Shown here piece after piece: positions 48,968-58,484 of a stretch of 64,000 nucleotides of DNA. This stretch comes from Armatimonadota bacterium (GTDB lineage Bacteria; Armatimonadota; Fimbriimonadia; Fimbriimonadales; GBS-DC): assembly GCA_037445735.1 (NCBI GenBank), contig JBBIJY010000003.1, forward strand, positions 1 through 64,000, given 5' to 3'. Both the position numbers and the translations under genes were made by a program. The notes under the pieces were generated by a model. That model saw nothing but the letters and a program-made list of their open reading frames with translations, searched no databases and was not told the DNA's origin. Numbering within the stretch: position 1 is the stretch's first letter; each line of letters opens with the position of its first letter.

Positions 48968-49447
48968 TTACTTCTCGACCTGCACCTGCACGACGCGCGG
49001 CTTCGCCGCCTCCGCCTTGGGCAGGTGAATCTCCAGAATGCCGTTGCGGTACACCGCCTTCACTTTCTTCTCGTCGATGGCGGTCGGCACGGTGTACGAG
49101 ACGCTGAACTTGCCGTACCCACCCAGGCGGCTGATGTAGTGCGCGGTAATGTTCTCGCCCTCCAGCAGCGGCTTGCGCTCACCCGACACCGTCACGGTGC
49201 CATCAGCAATCTCCACATGCAGGTCTTTCTCGTGAACACCGGGCGCCGTGACGAACATCACGAACTCGTCGGGTGTCTCATACACATCCAGCGCGGGCGA
49301 GAACTCCAGCGCCTCCGCGCGTGCAGGTCGCAGATCAAAGAAGCGATTGAACAGCTCATCCATCTCGCGGCGGAACTGCTCCAGCTCACGGAACGGATTC
49401 CAGGTCATCAGCGCATTCTCCGGCTCGCGTCGTACCAGCGTACGCAT
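48968..49447 (-). CDS. Hsp20 / alpha-crystallin small heat-shock protein
   Basis: PALDVYET, ITVSGER-like segment, A.Y.NGILEIHLPK, VQV tail. Confidence 0.95.
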   Translation of the reverse strand: MRTLVRREPENALMTWNPFRELEQFRREMDELFNRFFDLRPARAEALEFSPALDVYETPDEFVMFVTAPGVHEKDLHVEIADGTVTVSGERKPLLEGENITAHYISRLGGYGKFSVSYTVPTAIDEKKVKAVYRNGILEIHLPKAEAAKPRVVQVQVEK

Positions 49448-49495
49448 CGTCGACTCACCTCCTTCGCCAGATTTGAGTGTCTTGATGGAAGGTCT

Positions 49496-49545
49496 CTTGA
49501 GTGCCTTCCACTCACCCTATACGGAGGTCGGCACCAAAAAGTTCC
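49496..49545 (-). promoter_or_regulatory. Candidate ECF-sigma promoter and HAIR-like operator for hsp20
   Basis: GGAAC (49545-49541) N17 CGTAT (49523-49519); CTTGAGT-N7-ACTCACC at 49496-49516. Confidence 0.5.
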
Positions 49546-49593
49546 CGGGCGCGTTTCTGGTATACTCCCGTTTCGGGCGGAAGGAGCGAACGC

Positions 49594-51093
49594 ATGGAGG
49601 CATTTGGGATACCGCAGGTCGAATGGAGCGTGCTGGCGCCTCTGATGATCGTGGTGGGCACGGCGCTCGTGGTGCTGATTGGGGAGCTGTTCCTGCCGCG
49701 GGGTCAGCACGCGCCGCTGATGCTGATGGGCTTGCTGGGACTGGCGCTGGCAGCCTATTTTCAGGCGGCGCTGTGGGGTTCCAGCCTCTCCACATGGGCG
49801 GATACTGCGCTCACCGACAATATCGCCACCCTGCTCAATCTGGTGATACTGGTCTCCAGCGGGCTGGTGCTGCTGTTCGCGGATGACTATTTGCGGGCGC
49901 GCAATATTCGCTATGGCGAATTTTATCCGCTCCTGCTGTTCGCGACGGCGGGCGCGATGACCATGACCATCAGCACGAACCTGATGGTGATTTTTCTGGG
50001 GCTGGAGGTGATGTCGCTCGCGCTCTATGTGCTGGCAGGGCTGGCGCGAGCGGAGGTGCGTTCGGAGGAGGCGGCAATCAAATATTTCCTGCTGGGCGCG
50101 TTCGCGTCGGCGTTTCTGCTGTACGGCATCGCCCTGCTGTACGGCGCGACGGGCACAGTTGACCTGCGCGCGATGGGCGCACGCTGGCTGGCGACCGCGC
50201 CGGGCGAGAGCGCGCACGCGCTGCTGATTGCCAGCCTGGTGCTGATTCTGATCGGGCTGGGCTTCAAGGCGGCGCTCGTGCCGTTCCATATGTGGACACC
50301 CGATGTGTATCAGGGTGCGCCGACGGTCGCCACCGCGCTGATGGCAGCCATCTCCAAAGTGGCGGCGTTCGCCGTGCTGATCCGGCTGCTCAGTGCGGCG
50401 ATGCCGATGATGACGCTCTGGGCGCCGATCCTGTGGTGGCTGGCGGCGCTCTCGATGGTGGTGGGCAACCTGACGGCGTTGCTCCAGCGCGACGCCAAGC
50501 GGATGCTCGCCTATTCCAGCATCGGGCACGCAGGCTACCTCGCGGTCGGGCTGGTGAGCATGAACGCGACGGGGCTGACGGGCGTGCTGTTCTATCTGGC
50601 GGCGTATGCGCTGATGACGATTGGCGCGTTTGGGGTGCTATCGCTGATGGCGCGGGCGGGCGACGCCACCACCCTCGACGCGCTGCGCGGGCTATCGCGC
50701 CGCCAGCCGCTGACCGCGTTTGCGATGGCAATCTCTCTGCTCGCGCTGGCGGGCATCCCACCCACAGCGGGCTTCTGGGGCAAGTGGTATCTGTTTCTGG
50801 GCGCGCTGGAGGCCGGTCAGACGCTGCTAACGGTGCTGCTCGCGCTCACCAGTGTGGTGGGCGCGGCGTACTACCTGCGCCTGCTGTTCAGCCTCTATGC
50901 GGAGCCTGTCGATGCGCCCGCGCCCCGCTGGAGCCTGCCCCTGCCGATGGTTATCTGCCTGCTTGCCTGTCTGATCGGGCTGATCGGGCTGGGCATCGTG
51001 CCGCGCCCGCTCGCCGAATCGAGCCGCCAGGCAGTCAGCCAGCTGCAGACCGCACTGCCCGAAGGATCGCTCAAGGCGTGGGGACGCAGGTAA
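49594..51093 (+). CDS. nuoN: NADH-quinone oxidoreductase subunit N
   Basis: Polytopic; EFY.LLLF, LE.MSL..YVL, EAAIKYFLLG, FK...VPFHMWTPDVYQGAP, KRMLAYSSI.HAGY, GIPPTAGF.GK. Confidence 0.93.
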   Translation: MEAFGIPQVEWSVLAPLMIVVGTALVVLIGELFLPRGQHAPLMLMGLLGLALAAYFQAALWGSSLSTWADTALTDNIATLLNLVILVSSGLVLLFADDYLRARNIRYGEFYPLLLFATAGAMTMTISTNLMVIFLGLEVMSLALYVLAGLARAEVRSEEAAIKYFLLGAFASAFLLYGIALLYGATGTVDLRAMGARWLATAPGESAHALLIASLVLILIGLGFKAALVPFHMWTPDVYQGAPTVATALMAAISKVAAFAVLIRLLSAAMPMMTLWAPILWWLAALSMVVGNLTALLQRDAKRMLAYSSIGHAGYLAVGLVSMNATGLTGVLFYLAAYALMTIGAFGVLSLMARAGDATTLDALRGLSRRQPLTAFAMAISLLALAGIPPTAGFWGKWYLFLGALEAGQTLLTVLLALTSVVGAAYYLRLLFSLYAEPVDAPAPRWSLPLPMVICLLACLIGLIGLGIVPRPLAESSRQAVSQLQTALPEGSLKAWGRR

Positions 51094-51102
51094 ACTTTAC
51101 CT

Positions 51103-52452
51103 ATGTTCGAAAGCCTGACCGATAAGCTGCAGGGCATTTTTGAGCGCATTCGCGGGCGCGGGCGGCTCGATGAGAAGACCGTCGACGAGGTGCTGCGCGA
51201 AATCCGCCTCGCCCTGCTCGAAGCCGATGTGAACTTCCGTGTGGTCAAGGCGTTCATCGCCCGCGTGCGCGAGAAGGCGGTCGGCGAGGAGGTGCTGAAA
51301 AGCCTTACACCCGACCAGCAGGTGATACGAATCGTGCGCGACGAGCTGATCGCGCTGCTGGGCGGTGAGGCGGAGCCGCTCCACTGGGCGGCGCAGCCTC
51401 CGACCGTGCTGATGCTCTGCGGTCTGCAAGGCTCCGGCAAGACCACCACCGCTGCCAAGCTTGCGCGCTGGCTGCGCTCGCAGGGGCGCAACCCGCTGCT
51501 GGTGGCTGCCGACCTGCAGCGCCCCGCCGCCATCAAACAGCTGGAGGTGCTGGGTCAGCAAATCGGCACGCCGGTGTTCACCCCCGCGCAGGGCAACGCC
51601 ACCGACGCCATCCAGACCGCCCAGCAAGCTGTCGCCTATGCCCGCGCGAACGGTCTCGACTGCGCCGTGCTGGACACCGCCGGACGCCTGCAGATCAACG
51701 AAGCGCTCATGCAGGAACTCCAGCGCGTCAAAGCCGCCGTCCAACCCCACGAGATTCTGCTGGTGGTCGACGCCACCACGGGTCAGGAGGCGGTGAATGT
51801 GGCGCAGGCGTTCCATGAGCAACTGGGGCTGACGGGCGTGATTCTGACCAAGCTGGACGGTGACGCGCGTGGGGGCGCCGCGCTCTCCATCAAAGCGGTG
51901 GTGGGCAAGCCCGTGCGATTCATCGGCACCGGCGAGCGCGTCGACGCGCTCGAACCGTTCTACCCTGACCGAATCGCCAGCCGCATCCTCGGCATGGGCG
52001 ATGTGCTGTCGCTGATTGAGCGCGTGGAGCAGACCATCCAGGAAGAAGAGGCACGCCAGCTGGAGAAAAAGATGCGCGAGGCGCGCCTCGATTTCAACGA
52101 CCTGCTCCAGCAGATCCGCCAGATTCAGCGCATGGGACCGTTCGAACAGCTGCTCCAGCTGCTGCCGGGCTTCTCGCAGATTAAAAGCCAGCTGGGTGAG
52201 GTGGCGGTCGATGACCGTGCGCTCAAGCGGGCGGAGGCGATTATCCTTTCGATGACGCCGCAGGAGCGTCGCCACCCGGAGATTCTGGACTACAGTCGCA
52301 AGTTGCGGATTGCGCGGGGCAGCGGCACGCGCCTGGAGGAGGTGAGCGCGCTGGTGCGCCAGCTGATGGAGATGCGCCGCCTGATGAAGCAGCTCACGCG
52401 GCAGGAGGAGCAGCTCCGCCGCCGCAAGTGGCACCCCTTCAAACGGCGCTGA
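51103..52452 (+). CDS. ffh: Signal recognition particle protein
   Basis: MFESL, GLQGSGKTT, DTAGRL, TKLDGDARGGAALS, RILGMGD, SMTPQER, RIARGSG. Confidence 0.97.
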   Translation: MFESLTDKLQGIFERIRGRGRLDEKTVDEVLREIRLALLEADVNFRVVKAFIARVREKAVGEEVLKSLTPDQQVIRIVRDELIALLGGEAEPLHWAAQPPTVLMLCGLQGSGKTTTAAKLARWLRSQGRNPLLVAADLQRPAAIKQLEVLGQQIGTPVFTPAQGNATDAIQTAQQAVAYARANGLDCAVLDTAGRLQINEALMQELQRVKAAVQPHEILLVVDATTGQEAVNVAQAFHEQLGLTGVILTKLDGDARGGAALSIKAVVGKPVRFIGTGERVDALEPFYPDRIASRILGMGDVLSLIERVEQTIQEEEARQLEKKMREARLDFNDLLQQIRQIQRMGPFEQLLQLLPGFSQIKSQLGEVAVDDRALKRAEAIILSMTPQERRHPEILDYSRKLRIARGSGTRLEEVSALVRQLMEMRRLMKQLTRQEEQLRRRKWHPFKRR

Positions 52453-52460
52453 GGCGAGCG

Positions 52461-53129
52461 CTACTCCAGCGGGATCAGGCGGATGTTGCGAAAGTGGATT
52501 TCGCCCCCTTCCGATTGGAGCGCGATCTTGCCTGGTCGCACCTCCGCGCCCCAGCCCTCGTTCACCACCTCGCCGTTCACCTTGAGCGTGATGCGGTCGC
52601 CCTTCACGATAATCTCATACTCGTTCCATTCAGGCGCAGGCTTCTCGGCGGTCTTCTTGCGCCAGCGGTGGCGCGGCGCGTTCTTGTCGACATATTCGGG
52701 ATCGGTCTCCAGCGGCGCCCCATCAATCAGCCAGAAGTCGCCCGAATTCATATACATCAGCTGTGCCTCAATAGAGCGCGGCCAGATTTTATGCTCGCCA
52801 TGCACGCGCAACAGCACGCCGCTGTTGCCCGGCTGCTTGCCTGGCGCCCATCGCCACTCCAGCTTCAAAATGAAGTTCGTGTAATCCTTTCGGGTGTAGA
52901 TGTAGCCGGGCGGCGAGCCTTTGCAGATGAGGATGCCCTGCTCTTTGTCCACACTCCACACATCCTCCATCTTCGCGTTCGGGTCCGCCAGATAGTAGTC
53001 CCAGCCCGACAGGTCTTTACCGTTGAAGAGTTTGATCTCTTTGCCTGCCGGTTTGGGCTGCTGCTGAAGCCCGAAGCCCGTCAGCAGACCAATCAGCAAC
53101 AGCACGCCGATACACCCGTAGAGTCGCAT
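52461..53129 (-). CDS. Secreted DUF1080 (3-keto-disaccharide hydrolase-like) protein
   Basis: LFNGKDLSGW, NSGV, EWN.YEI, G.IALQSEG...FRNI. Confidence 0.9.
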   Translation of the reverse strand: MRLYGCIGVLLLIGLLTGFGLQQQPKPAGKEIKLFNGKDLSGWDYYLADPNAKMEDVWSVDKEQGILICKGSPPGYIYTRKDYTNFILKLEWRWAPGKQPGNSGVLLRVHGEHKIWPRSIEAQLMYMNSGDFWLIDGAPLETDPEYVDKNAPRHRWRKKTAEKPAPEWNEYEIIVKGDRITLKVNGEVVNEGWGAEVRPGKIALQSEGGEIHFRNIRLIPLE

Positions 53130-53269
53130 CGTTTTCCCTCCTCATCAGGGGATTTCGGGACGGGAGGGCAATCTCCTGCTTTCTGGTGTATAATGACCTC
53201 TGACAGGGGGCGCAGCAGGGAACCTCTGGGGGGGCGGAATCGTTCCAGAAACCTCTGGAGGAGGGACAC

Positions 53270-54799
53270 ATGCAAAGCGGGAGCCGTTTTATCCGACTGG
53301 TTGGATGGCTGCTGGCGGGTTTCATCGGCAGCTTACTGATGGCAGGGGCAGACCTGACCCCTGAATGGGTCACGCGCATCGCCTCCAGCTACTCCGATAG
53401 CCTGACCAGCATGCTGGTGGATAGCGCGGGGCAGGTCTATATTGTTGGTTCCACGGGCGCTTCGAGCAATCGCAGCATTCGAGCCGCCGCGATTAATCCC
53501 GACGGCACGGTTCGCTGGTCGAGCGTGTTGAGCAGCGGGCAGGCGGGCGGCGCGGCGCTCGGTGCTGATGGCGCCCTCTACATCGCGGGCAGTGCGCCCG
53601 GTCAGGGAGGTGCCTCCGACCTGATTCTGCTCAAATGCGACGCCAGCACGGGCAACCTGCTGCAGACCTATCGGTACAGCCGGGGCGCTGGCATCGCCGC
53701 AATCGGTGGGGCTGTGGCAGTGGACGCCCAGGGCAATCTCTATATCATGGGCGCCACGACGGGCGATGGCGCCGATGTGCTGCTGCTCAAGCTCGACGCC
53801 AGCCTGCAGCTGCAGTGGACGCGACTCTGGGACGGTCCTGCCAGCGTGCCCTACTCGCAGGATAGCGGCGTGCAGATGCTGCTGGATCCAGCGGGCAACC
53901 CCGTGCTGCTCATACGGGCAGTGATGGCGGACAACCAGCCGGATTATATGGTCGTCAAATACAGTCCCAGCGGCGCCATCCTCTGGCAGCAGAACTGGGG
54001 CACGCGCGCAGGCGATACGCCGCTGAAGATGGTGATGGACACCAGCGGCGACATCTATGTAACGGGATCCACCACCCGCACGACGCTGGTTTACGGCACC
54101 ATCAAACTGCGGGGCAGCGACGGGCAACTGCTGTGGGAGCAAATCGATTCGCAGGCGCTTCGCGACATCGGGCGTAGCCTCGCGCTCGACGCGCAGGGCG
54201 ATGTCTACATCACGGGCAGTGTCGACCCCGAAGGCAACGAAAGCAACTTCAACGACAACTTCTACACCGTGAAGCGCGGGGGCGCGACGGGCACGCCGCG
54301 CCGCTGGAGCCATCTCTACGGGCAAAACTGCGTGAACTGCTTCGATGTCCCCGCCGATATCGCCGTCGACTCCGCCGGGCATGTGCTGGTGGTCGGGCGA
54401 ACCAGCTCGCCGCCCTATGTGAACGACATGATTCTGCTCGTGCTGAACGCGCAGACGGGTCAGGAGCAGGATCGCGGCGTGGTGGATAGCGGCAGCGCCA
54501 TCTGGGGCGTGGAACCCGGCATCCTGCGGCTGGACAGCCGCGAAAACATCTATGTGGGCGCCGTGTTCAGGAACCTGAACACCGAAGTGCGGGAGCTGAC
54601 CGTCATCAAATATCGCTCCCTGACGCGCCCGCAGGGCGATGTGAACGGCGACGGCTGTGTGGACGATGCGGACCTGTTAGCCGTGCTGTTCGCGTTCGGG
54701 CAGTCGGGCAGCGGCTTGCCCGAAGATGTGAACGGCGACGGTATAGTGGACGACGCCGACCTGCTAATTGTGCTGTTCAACTTCGGAAACGGATGTTGA
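53270..54799 (+). CDS. Secreted beta-propeller (SBBP-like) protein with dockerin-like tail
   Basis: Repeated VD..G..Y..G blades; tail GDVNGDGCVDDADLLAVLFAFG...DVNGDGIVDDADLLIVLFNFGNGC. Confidence 0.87.
   Translation: MQSGSRFIRLVGWLLAGFIGSLLMAGADLTPEWVTRIASSYSDSLTSMLVDSAGQVYIVGSTGASSNRSIRAAAINPDGTVRWSSVLSSGQAGGAALGADGALYIAGSAPGQGGASDLILLKCDASTGNLLQTYRYSRGAGIAAIGGAVAVDAQGNLYIMGATTGDGADVLLLKLDASLQLQWTRLWDGPASVPYSQDSGVQMLLDPAGNPVLLIRAVMADNQPDYMVVKYSPSGAILWQQNWGTRAGDTPLKMVMDTSGDIYVTGSTTRTTLVYGTIKLRGSDGQLLWEQIDSQALRDIGRSLALDAQGDVYITGSVDPEGNESNFNDNFYTVKRGGATGTPRRWSHLYGQNCVNCFDVPADIAVDSAGHVLVVGRTSSPPYVNDMILLVLNAQTGQEQDRGVVDSGSAIWGVEPGILRLDSRENIYVGAVFRNLNTEVRELTVIKYRSLTRPQGDVNGDGCVDDADLLAVLFAFGQSGSGLPEDVNGDGIVDDADLLIVLFNFGNGC
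54633..54797 (+). repeat. 165-nt direct repeat, copy 1 (encodes the dockerin-like tail)
   Basis: Matches 56343-56507 with 4 mismatches. Confidence 0.92.
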
Positions 54800-54817
54800 G
54801 AAGGAGGTGCAATCGCC

Positions 54818-56509
54818 ATGCGCAACGGCTGGTTTGAAGCGTGCTGGCGGCGCGCGGGTTCCCGCTGGCGGTGGAGCCTGCTCGCGTGTCTGGTGCTGTG
54901 CTGGTCGTCGGGGCTGGCTCAGCCGCAGATTCAGTCGCTTTCCGCCACGAGCCTGCCCCGCAGTGGGCGGCTGCGCATCTTCGGCACAGGGTTCGGTGCG
55001 CCCTCGTCCAGCAGCTTCGTGACGATTGGTGGCGTGCGCTGCTGGACGACGCGCTGGACGGATACCGCCATCACCGCCTATGTGCCCGAATCGCTCGCGC
55101 TGGGCAGCCATCCCGTGCAGGTGGTGACGCCCGCAGGCGCGAGCAACACGGTGCCGCTGCAGGTTACAGCACGCACACCGCAGGGGCGCGTGCTGTGGCG
55201 CTTTCAGGCGGATGCAGACTATATTTATCAGCGCCCCGCTGTGGGACCCGATGGTACGATTGTGGTTCACGACTCGCGCGGCTATGTCTACGCGCTCAGC
55301 CCCGATGGGGGCTTGAGATGGGTTTTCGCCGCAGGCATCCCCTACGGACCGCCCTCCATCGGCAGCGACGGCACGGTCTATGTGGGCACGGGAGCCACCG
55401 TTAAGGCGATCAACGGCGCAACGGGCGCACTCCGCTGGCAGTTCACGGACAACACATCGGGCGCGCTCTGGATTATCGCTGGTCCGACGGTGGGTCCTGA
55501 TGGGAATATCTACGCGGTGACCAATACCTCCACATCGGGCGGCGGGCGGGGCGTCTTCTCGCTCACGCCCGCAGGACAACTCCGCTGGAGCGCACGCGGC
55601 AACCCGAATGTGTTTGAATATGGCTCTCTGGGCGTTGAAATCGTGTTTGGCGCCTCCCAATCGGGACGCCAGCCAGACCAGCTCTATGTGGCGTTCGATG
55701 AGCAGGGGGTGGCGATGTCGTCCCTGTTCGCCTTTCGGATGACAGGCGGGCAACGATGGTCGGTTACCACAGGCGGGCAGACCCAGAGCGGGTTCTCGCA
55801 GCCGCAGTGCCAGCCCGCGGTGGGACCCGATGGCACCATCTATCTCACAACCTTTTCGTCGTCAGCCGGTCATCAGTTGCAGGCGGTGAACCCTTCGAAC
55901 GGCTCGTTCCGCTGGGTCGTCACCCTCGATCCGGGCAACGATGTGTCCGCGCCCGATGTGGGTGTGGACGGCACCATCTATGTGGCGCATGCGCTGAGCT
56001 ATTTGAGCGCGTATGCGCCCAACGGCACGCGCCGATGGCGGATTTTCGATGGGGGCGTCCTGAAATACCCCATCGTCAGCCCGAGCAACCGCGCGCTGGT
56101 AGCGGGACAGCAGCCTCAGCTGGGCATGCCAGGCGCGGCACGCGGGTATAACCCCAGCAACGGGCAGCTGCTCTGGGAGGTGCTGCTGGGCAGCGAAAAC
56201 GGCGGCAATCAGGTGCTGTTCTCGCGCCCGCGCTTCTCCCGCGATGGGCGCATCGTCTACTTCGGGACCACCATCCTGGGACAGAACAGCCAGGACCCGT
56301 ATTGCTATCTGTATGCCGTTTATGCGGACCCCTCCTGGCAGGAGGGCGATGTGAACGGCGACGGCTGTGTGGACGATGCGGACCTGTTAGCCGTGCTGTT
56401 CGCGTTCGGGCAGTCGGGCAGCGGCTTGCCCGAAGATGTGAACGGCGACGGTATAGTGGACGACGCCGACCTGCTGATTGTGCTGTTCAACTTCGGAGAT
56501 GGGTGTTAG
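54818..56509 (+). CDS. Secreted IPT/TIG + PQQ-like beta-propeller protein with dockerin-like tail
   Basis: Signal peptide; I.GTGFG...WTDT.I...VP (IPT); P.VGPDG.IY blades; same tail ending NFGDGC. Confidence 0.87.
   Translation: MRNGWFEACWRRAGSRWRWSLLACLVLCWSSGLAQPQIQSLSATSLPRSGRLRIFGTGFGAPSSSSFVTIGGVRCWTTRWTDTAITAYVPESLALGSHPVQVVTPAGASNTVPLQVTARTPQGRVLWRFQADADYIYQRPAVGPDGTIVVHDSRGYVYALSPDGGLRWVFAAGIPYGPPSIGSDGTVYVGTGATVKAINGATGALRWQFTDNTSGALWIIAGPTVGPDGNIYAVTNTSTSGGGRGVFSLTPAGQLRWSARGNPNVFEYGSLGVEIVFGASQSGRQPDQLYVAFDEQGVAMSSLFAFRMTGGQRWSVTTGGQTQSGFSQPQCQPAVGPDGTIYLTTFSSSAGHQLQAVNPSNGSFRWVVTLDPGNDVSAPDVGVDGTIYVAHALSYLSAYAPNGTRRWRIFDGGVLKYPIVSPSNRALVAGQQPQLGMPGAARGYNPSNGQLLWEVLLGSENGGNQVLFSRPRFSRDGRIVYFGTTILGQNSQDPYCYLYAVYADPSWQEGDVNGDGCVDDADLLAVLFAFGQSGSGLPEDVNGDGIVDDADLLIVLFNFGDGC
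56343..56507 (+). repeat. 165-nt direct repeat, copy 2
   Basis: Matches 54633-54797 with 4 mismatches. Confidence 0.92.
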
Positions 56510-58416
56510 GCGAGCGCTTCCAGCACGCGCAGGGCGATCTGGGCGTTGCCAGCGGGCGGCATCAGATAGATGCCCTGCGCGCAGGGCGCCGCGGCGCGGA
56601 CGAACGCCTGCGCGATCTCCAGCCCCACCTCCAGCGCGCGCTCTTCGGGCGCCTCCGCCATCCGACGCAGCACCGCTTCGGGAATGCGGATGCCCGGCAC
56701 CTCGTTATGCATGAACTCGGCATGGCGGGCACTGCGCAGGGGCAGCACGCCCACAAACCACGGCACGCCCAGCCGCTGGCACAGCTCCGCCGTCGCCTCC
56801 ACAATCGGCATCTCGAAAATCGGCTGCGTGTAGACCAGGTGCGCTCCCTCGTCCACCTTGCGCTGGAGCCGCTCGCGCTCCATCGCCAGATCGGGCGCCA
56901 GCGGGTTATAGGCGACGGCAATCGTGAAGTTCGCCCGCATGCCAATCGTGTTGCCCGCCAGATCGATGCCCTCGTTGAACCGCTTCAGAATGCGCACCAG
57001 CCCGATGGCGTCCACATCGAACACGCTGGTGGCGGTCGGATAGTCGCCGATCTGGGCGGGGTCGCCCGTGATTGCCAGCACATTGCGGATGCCCAGCGCG
57101 TGCGCGCCCAGCAGGTCCGACTGAATCGCCAGCAGGTTGCGGTCGCGGCAGGCGAAATGCATCATCACTTCAATCCCTGCCTGCTCCTGAATGAGGTGCG
57201 AGATTGCCATCACATTCATGCGCAGGCGGGCGCGCGCCCCGTCCGAGATGTCGATCAGATGCACGCCGTTCTCTTTGAGCAGGCGGGCGCTCTCTATCAC
57301 CTTCTGAACGGTCAGTCCACGCGGCAGGTCCAGCTCCACCGTGATGACGCGCTCTTTGCCCAGCCGTTGCGCGAGCTGGGAGGGGCTGGCGAGCGGCAGT
57401 TCGGCGGGCAGGCGTTCGCGCAGGGCGCCCCCTCTCCCCTCTGGGGAGAGGGCCGGGGTGGGGGGTCTCCTTGCCGGGTGGACACGCGGCTTCGCGCTCG
57501 CCACCGCACGGGCGACAGCGCGAATGTGGTCGGGCGTCGTGCCGCAGCAGCCTCCGACAATCTGTGCGCCCGCCTCCACCAGCCGCGCCGCATAGCGCCC
57601 GAAATAGTCGGGCTGAATATCGTACACCACCTGACCGCGCACCAGCTGGGGCAAGCCGGGCGTCGGCATCGCCGAGAGGGGCAACTCGCTCGCATGCGCC
57701 ATCATGCGAACGATGTCCAGCATGCGCTGGGGACCCACCACGCAGTTGGCGCCTATCGCGTCCACGCCGAGTGTGCTGAGGTGGCGGGCGAACCGTTCGG
57801 GCAAGCCCTCCATCAGCGTCTCGCCGTCCTCAATAAAGCCTTTGGAGGCGATCAGCGGCAGGTCGGGCGCGAGGCGGCGCACCGCGCGGATGGCGACCTC
57901 CAGCTCGCGCGGGTCGGTGAAGGTCTCCAGAACGATGCCGTCGACGCCCGCCTCGATGAGCGCCTGCGCCTGCTCGGTGAACGCCTGCTCCGCCTCCTGT
58001 AGCCGAATCTCGCCTAACGGCTCCAGCGGTTTGCCGACGGGTCCGATGGAGCCGAAGATGAGCGCGTCGCCCCCCACCGCGTCGCGCGCCAGCTCCACCG
58101 CCCGCTGATTGATGCGGCGCACCAGCTCTTCAGGCGAGCCGTACTGCTCCAGCAGGCTCTGCGCGGGCGGCAACTCGCTGCCCCGTTCAGGAATGTTCAG
58201 CAGGCGGATGCGGTTCGAGGTGTAGGTGTTGGTCTCGATCAGCCGTGCGCCCGCCTCGTAATAGGCGCGATGGATCTGCTGAACCAGTTCGGGCTGGGTC
58301 AGGTTCGCCAGATCGTAGGGCATCGGGATGCCCCGCAGCGCGAGCATCGTGCCCATCGCCCCGTCGGCAACCAGCACCCCCTGCGCCAATCGCTCCGCAA
58401 ACTCCTGCCGCGTCAT
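56506..58416 (-). CDS. Bifunctional homocysteine S-methyltransferase / methylenetetrahydrofolate reductase (YitJ-like)
   Basis: DGAMGT, IETNTY, GANC, GGCCGTTPDHI; then VELD.P, H..CRDRN, LAITGDP, TQPIF, HNEVPG. Confidence 0.93.
   Translation of the reverse strand: MTRQEFAERLAQGVLVADGAMGTMLALRGIPMPYDLANLTQPELVQQIHRAYYEAGARLIETNTYTSNRIRLLNIPERGSELPPAQSLLEQYGSPEELVRRINQRAVELARDAVGGDALIFGSIGPVGKPLEPLGEIRLQEAEQAFTEQAQALIEAGVDGIVLETFTDPRELEVAIRAVRRLAPDLPLIASKGFIEDGETLMEGLPERFARHLSTLGVDAIGANCVVGPQRMLDIVRMMAHASELPLSAMPTPGLPQLVRGQVVYDIQPDYFGRYAARLVEAGAQIVGGCCGTTPDHIRAVARAVASAKPRVHPARRPPTPALSPEGRGGALRERLPAELPLASPSQLAQRLGKERVITVELDLPRGLTVQKVIESARLLKENGVHLIDISDGARARLRMNVMAISHLIQEQAGIEVMMHFACRDRNLLAIQSDLLGAHALGIRNVLAITGDPAQIGDYPTATSVFDVDAIGLVRILKRFNEGIDLAGNTIGMRANFTIAVAYNPLAPDLAMERERLQRKVDEGAHLVYTQPIFEMPIVEATAELCQRLGVPWFVGVLPLRSARHAEFMHNEVPGIRIPEAVLRRMAEAPEERALEVGLEIAQAFVRAAAPCAQGIYLMPPAGNAQIALRVLEALA
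57428..57465. repeat. REP-like unit within the coding sequence
   Basis: CCCTCTCCCC-TCT-GGGGAGAGGGCCGGGGTGGGGG, translated PPTPALSPEGRG in the interdomain linker. Confidence 0.75.
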
Positions 58417-58484
58417 CTTCAGGGGGATTGTACCATAAACGGGCGTTCCACACCCATGCGCGAGCGGGTCTGATGGCGGCATCC

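Noticed and set aside
54633-56507. Diversity-generating retroelement TR/VR pair (3 of 4 mismatches are A in copy 1)
   Set aside because: Both copies are coding, there are few mismatches and they are mostly silent, the region is a conserved anchor rather than a variable site, and no reverse transcriptase is in the window.
58417-58484. SAM riboswitch upstream of the YitJ-like gene
   Set aside because: The region is too short and the -10 box lies only 10 nt from the ATG.
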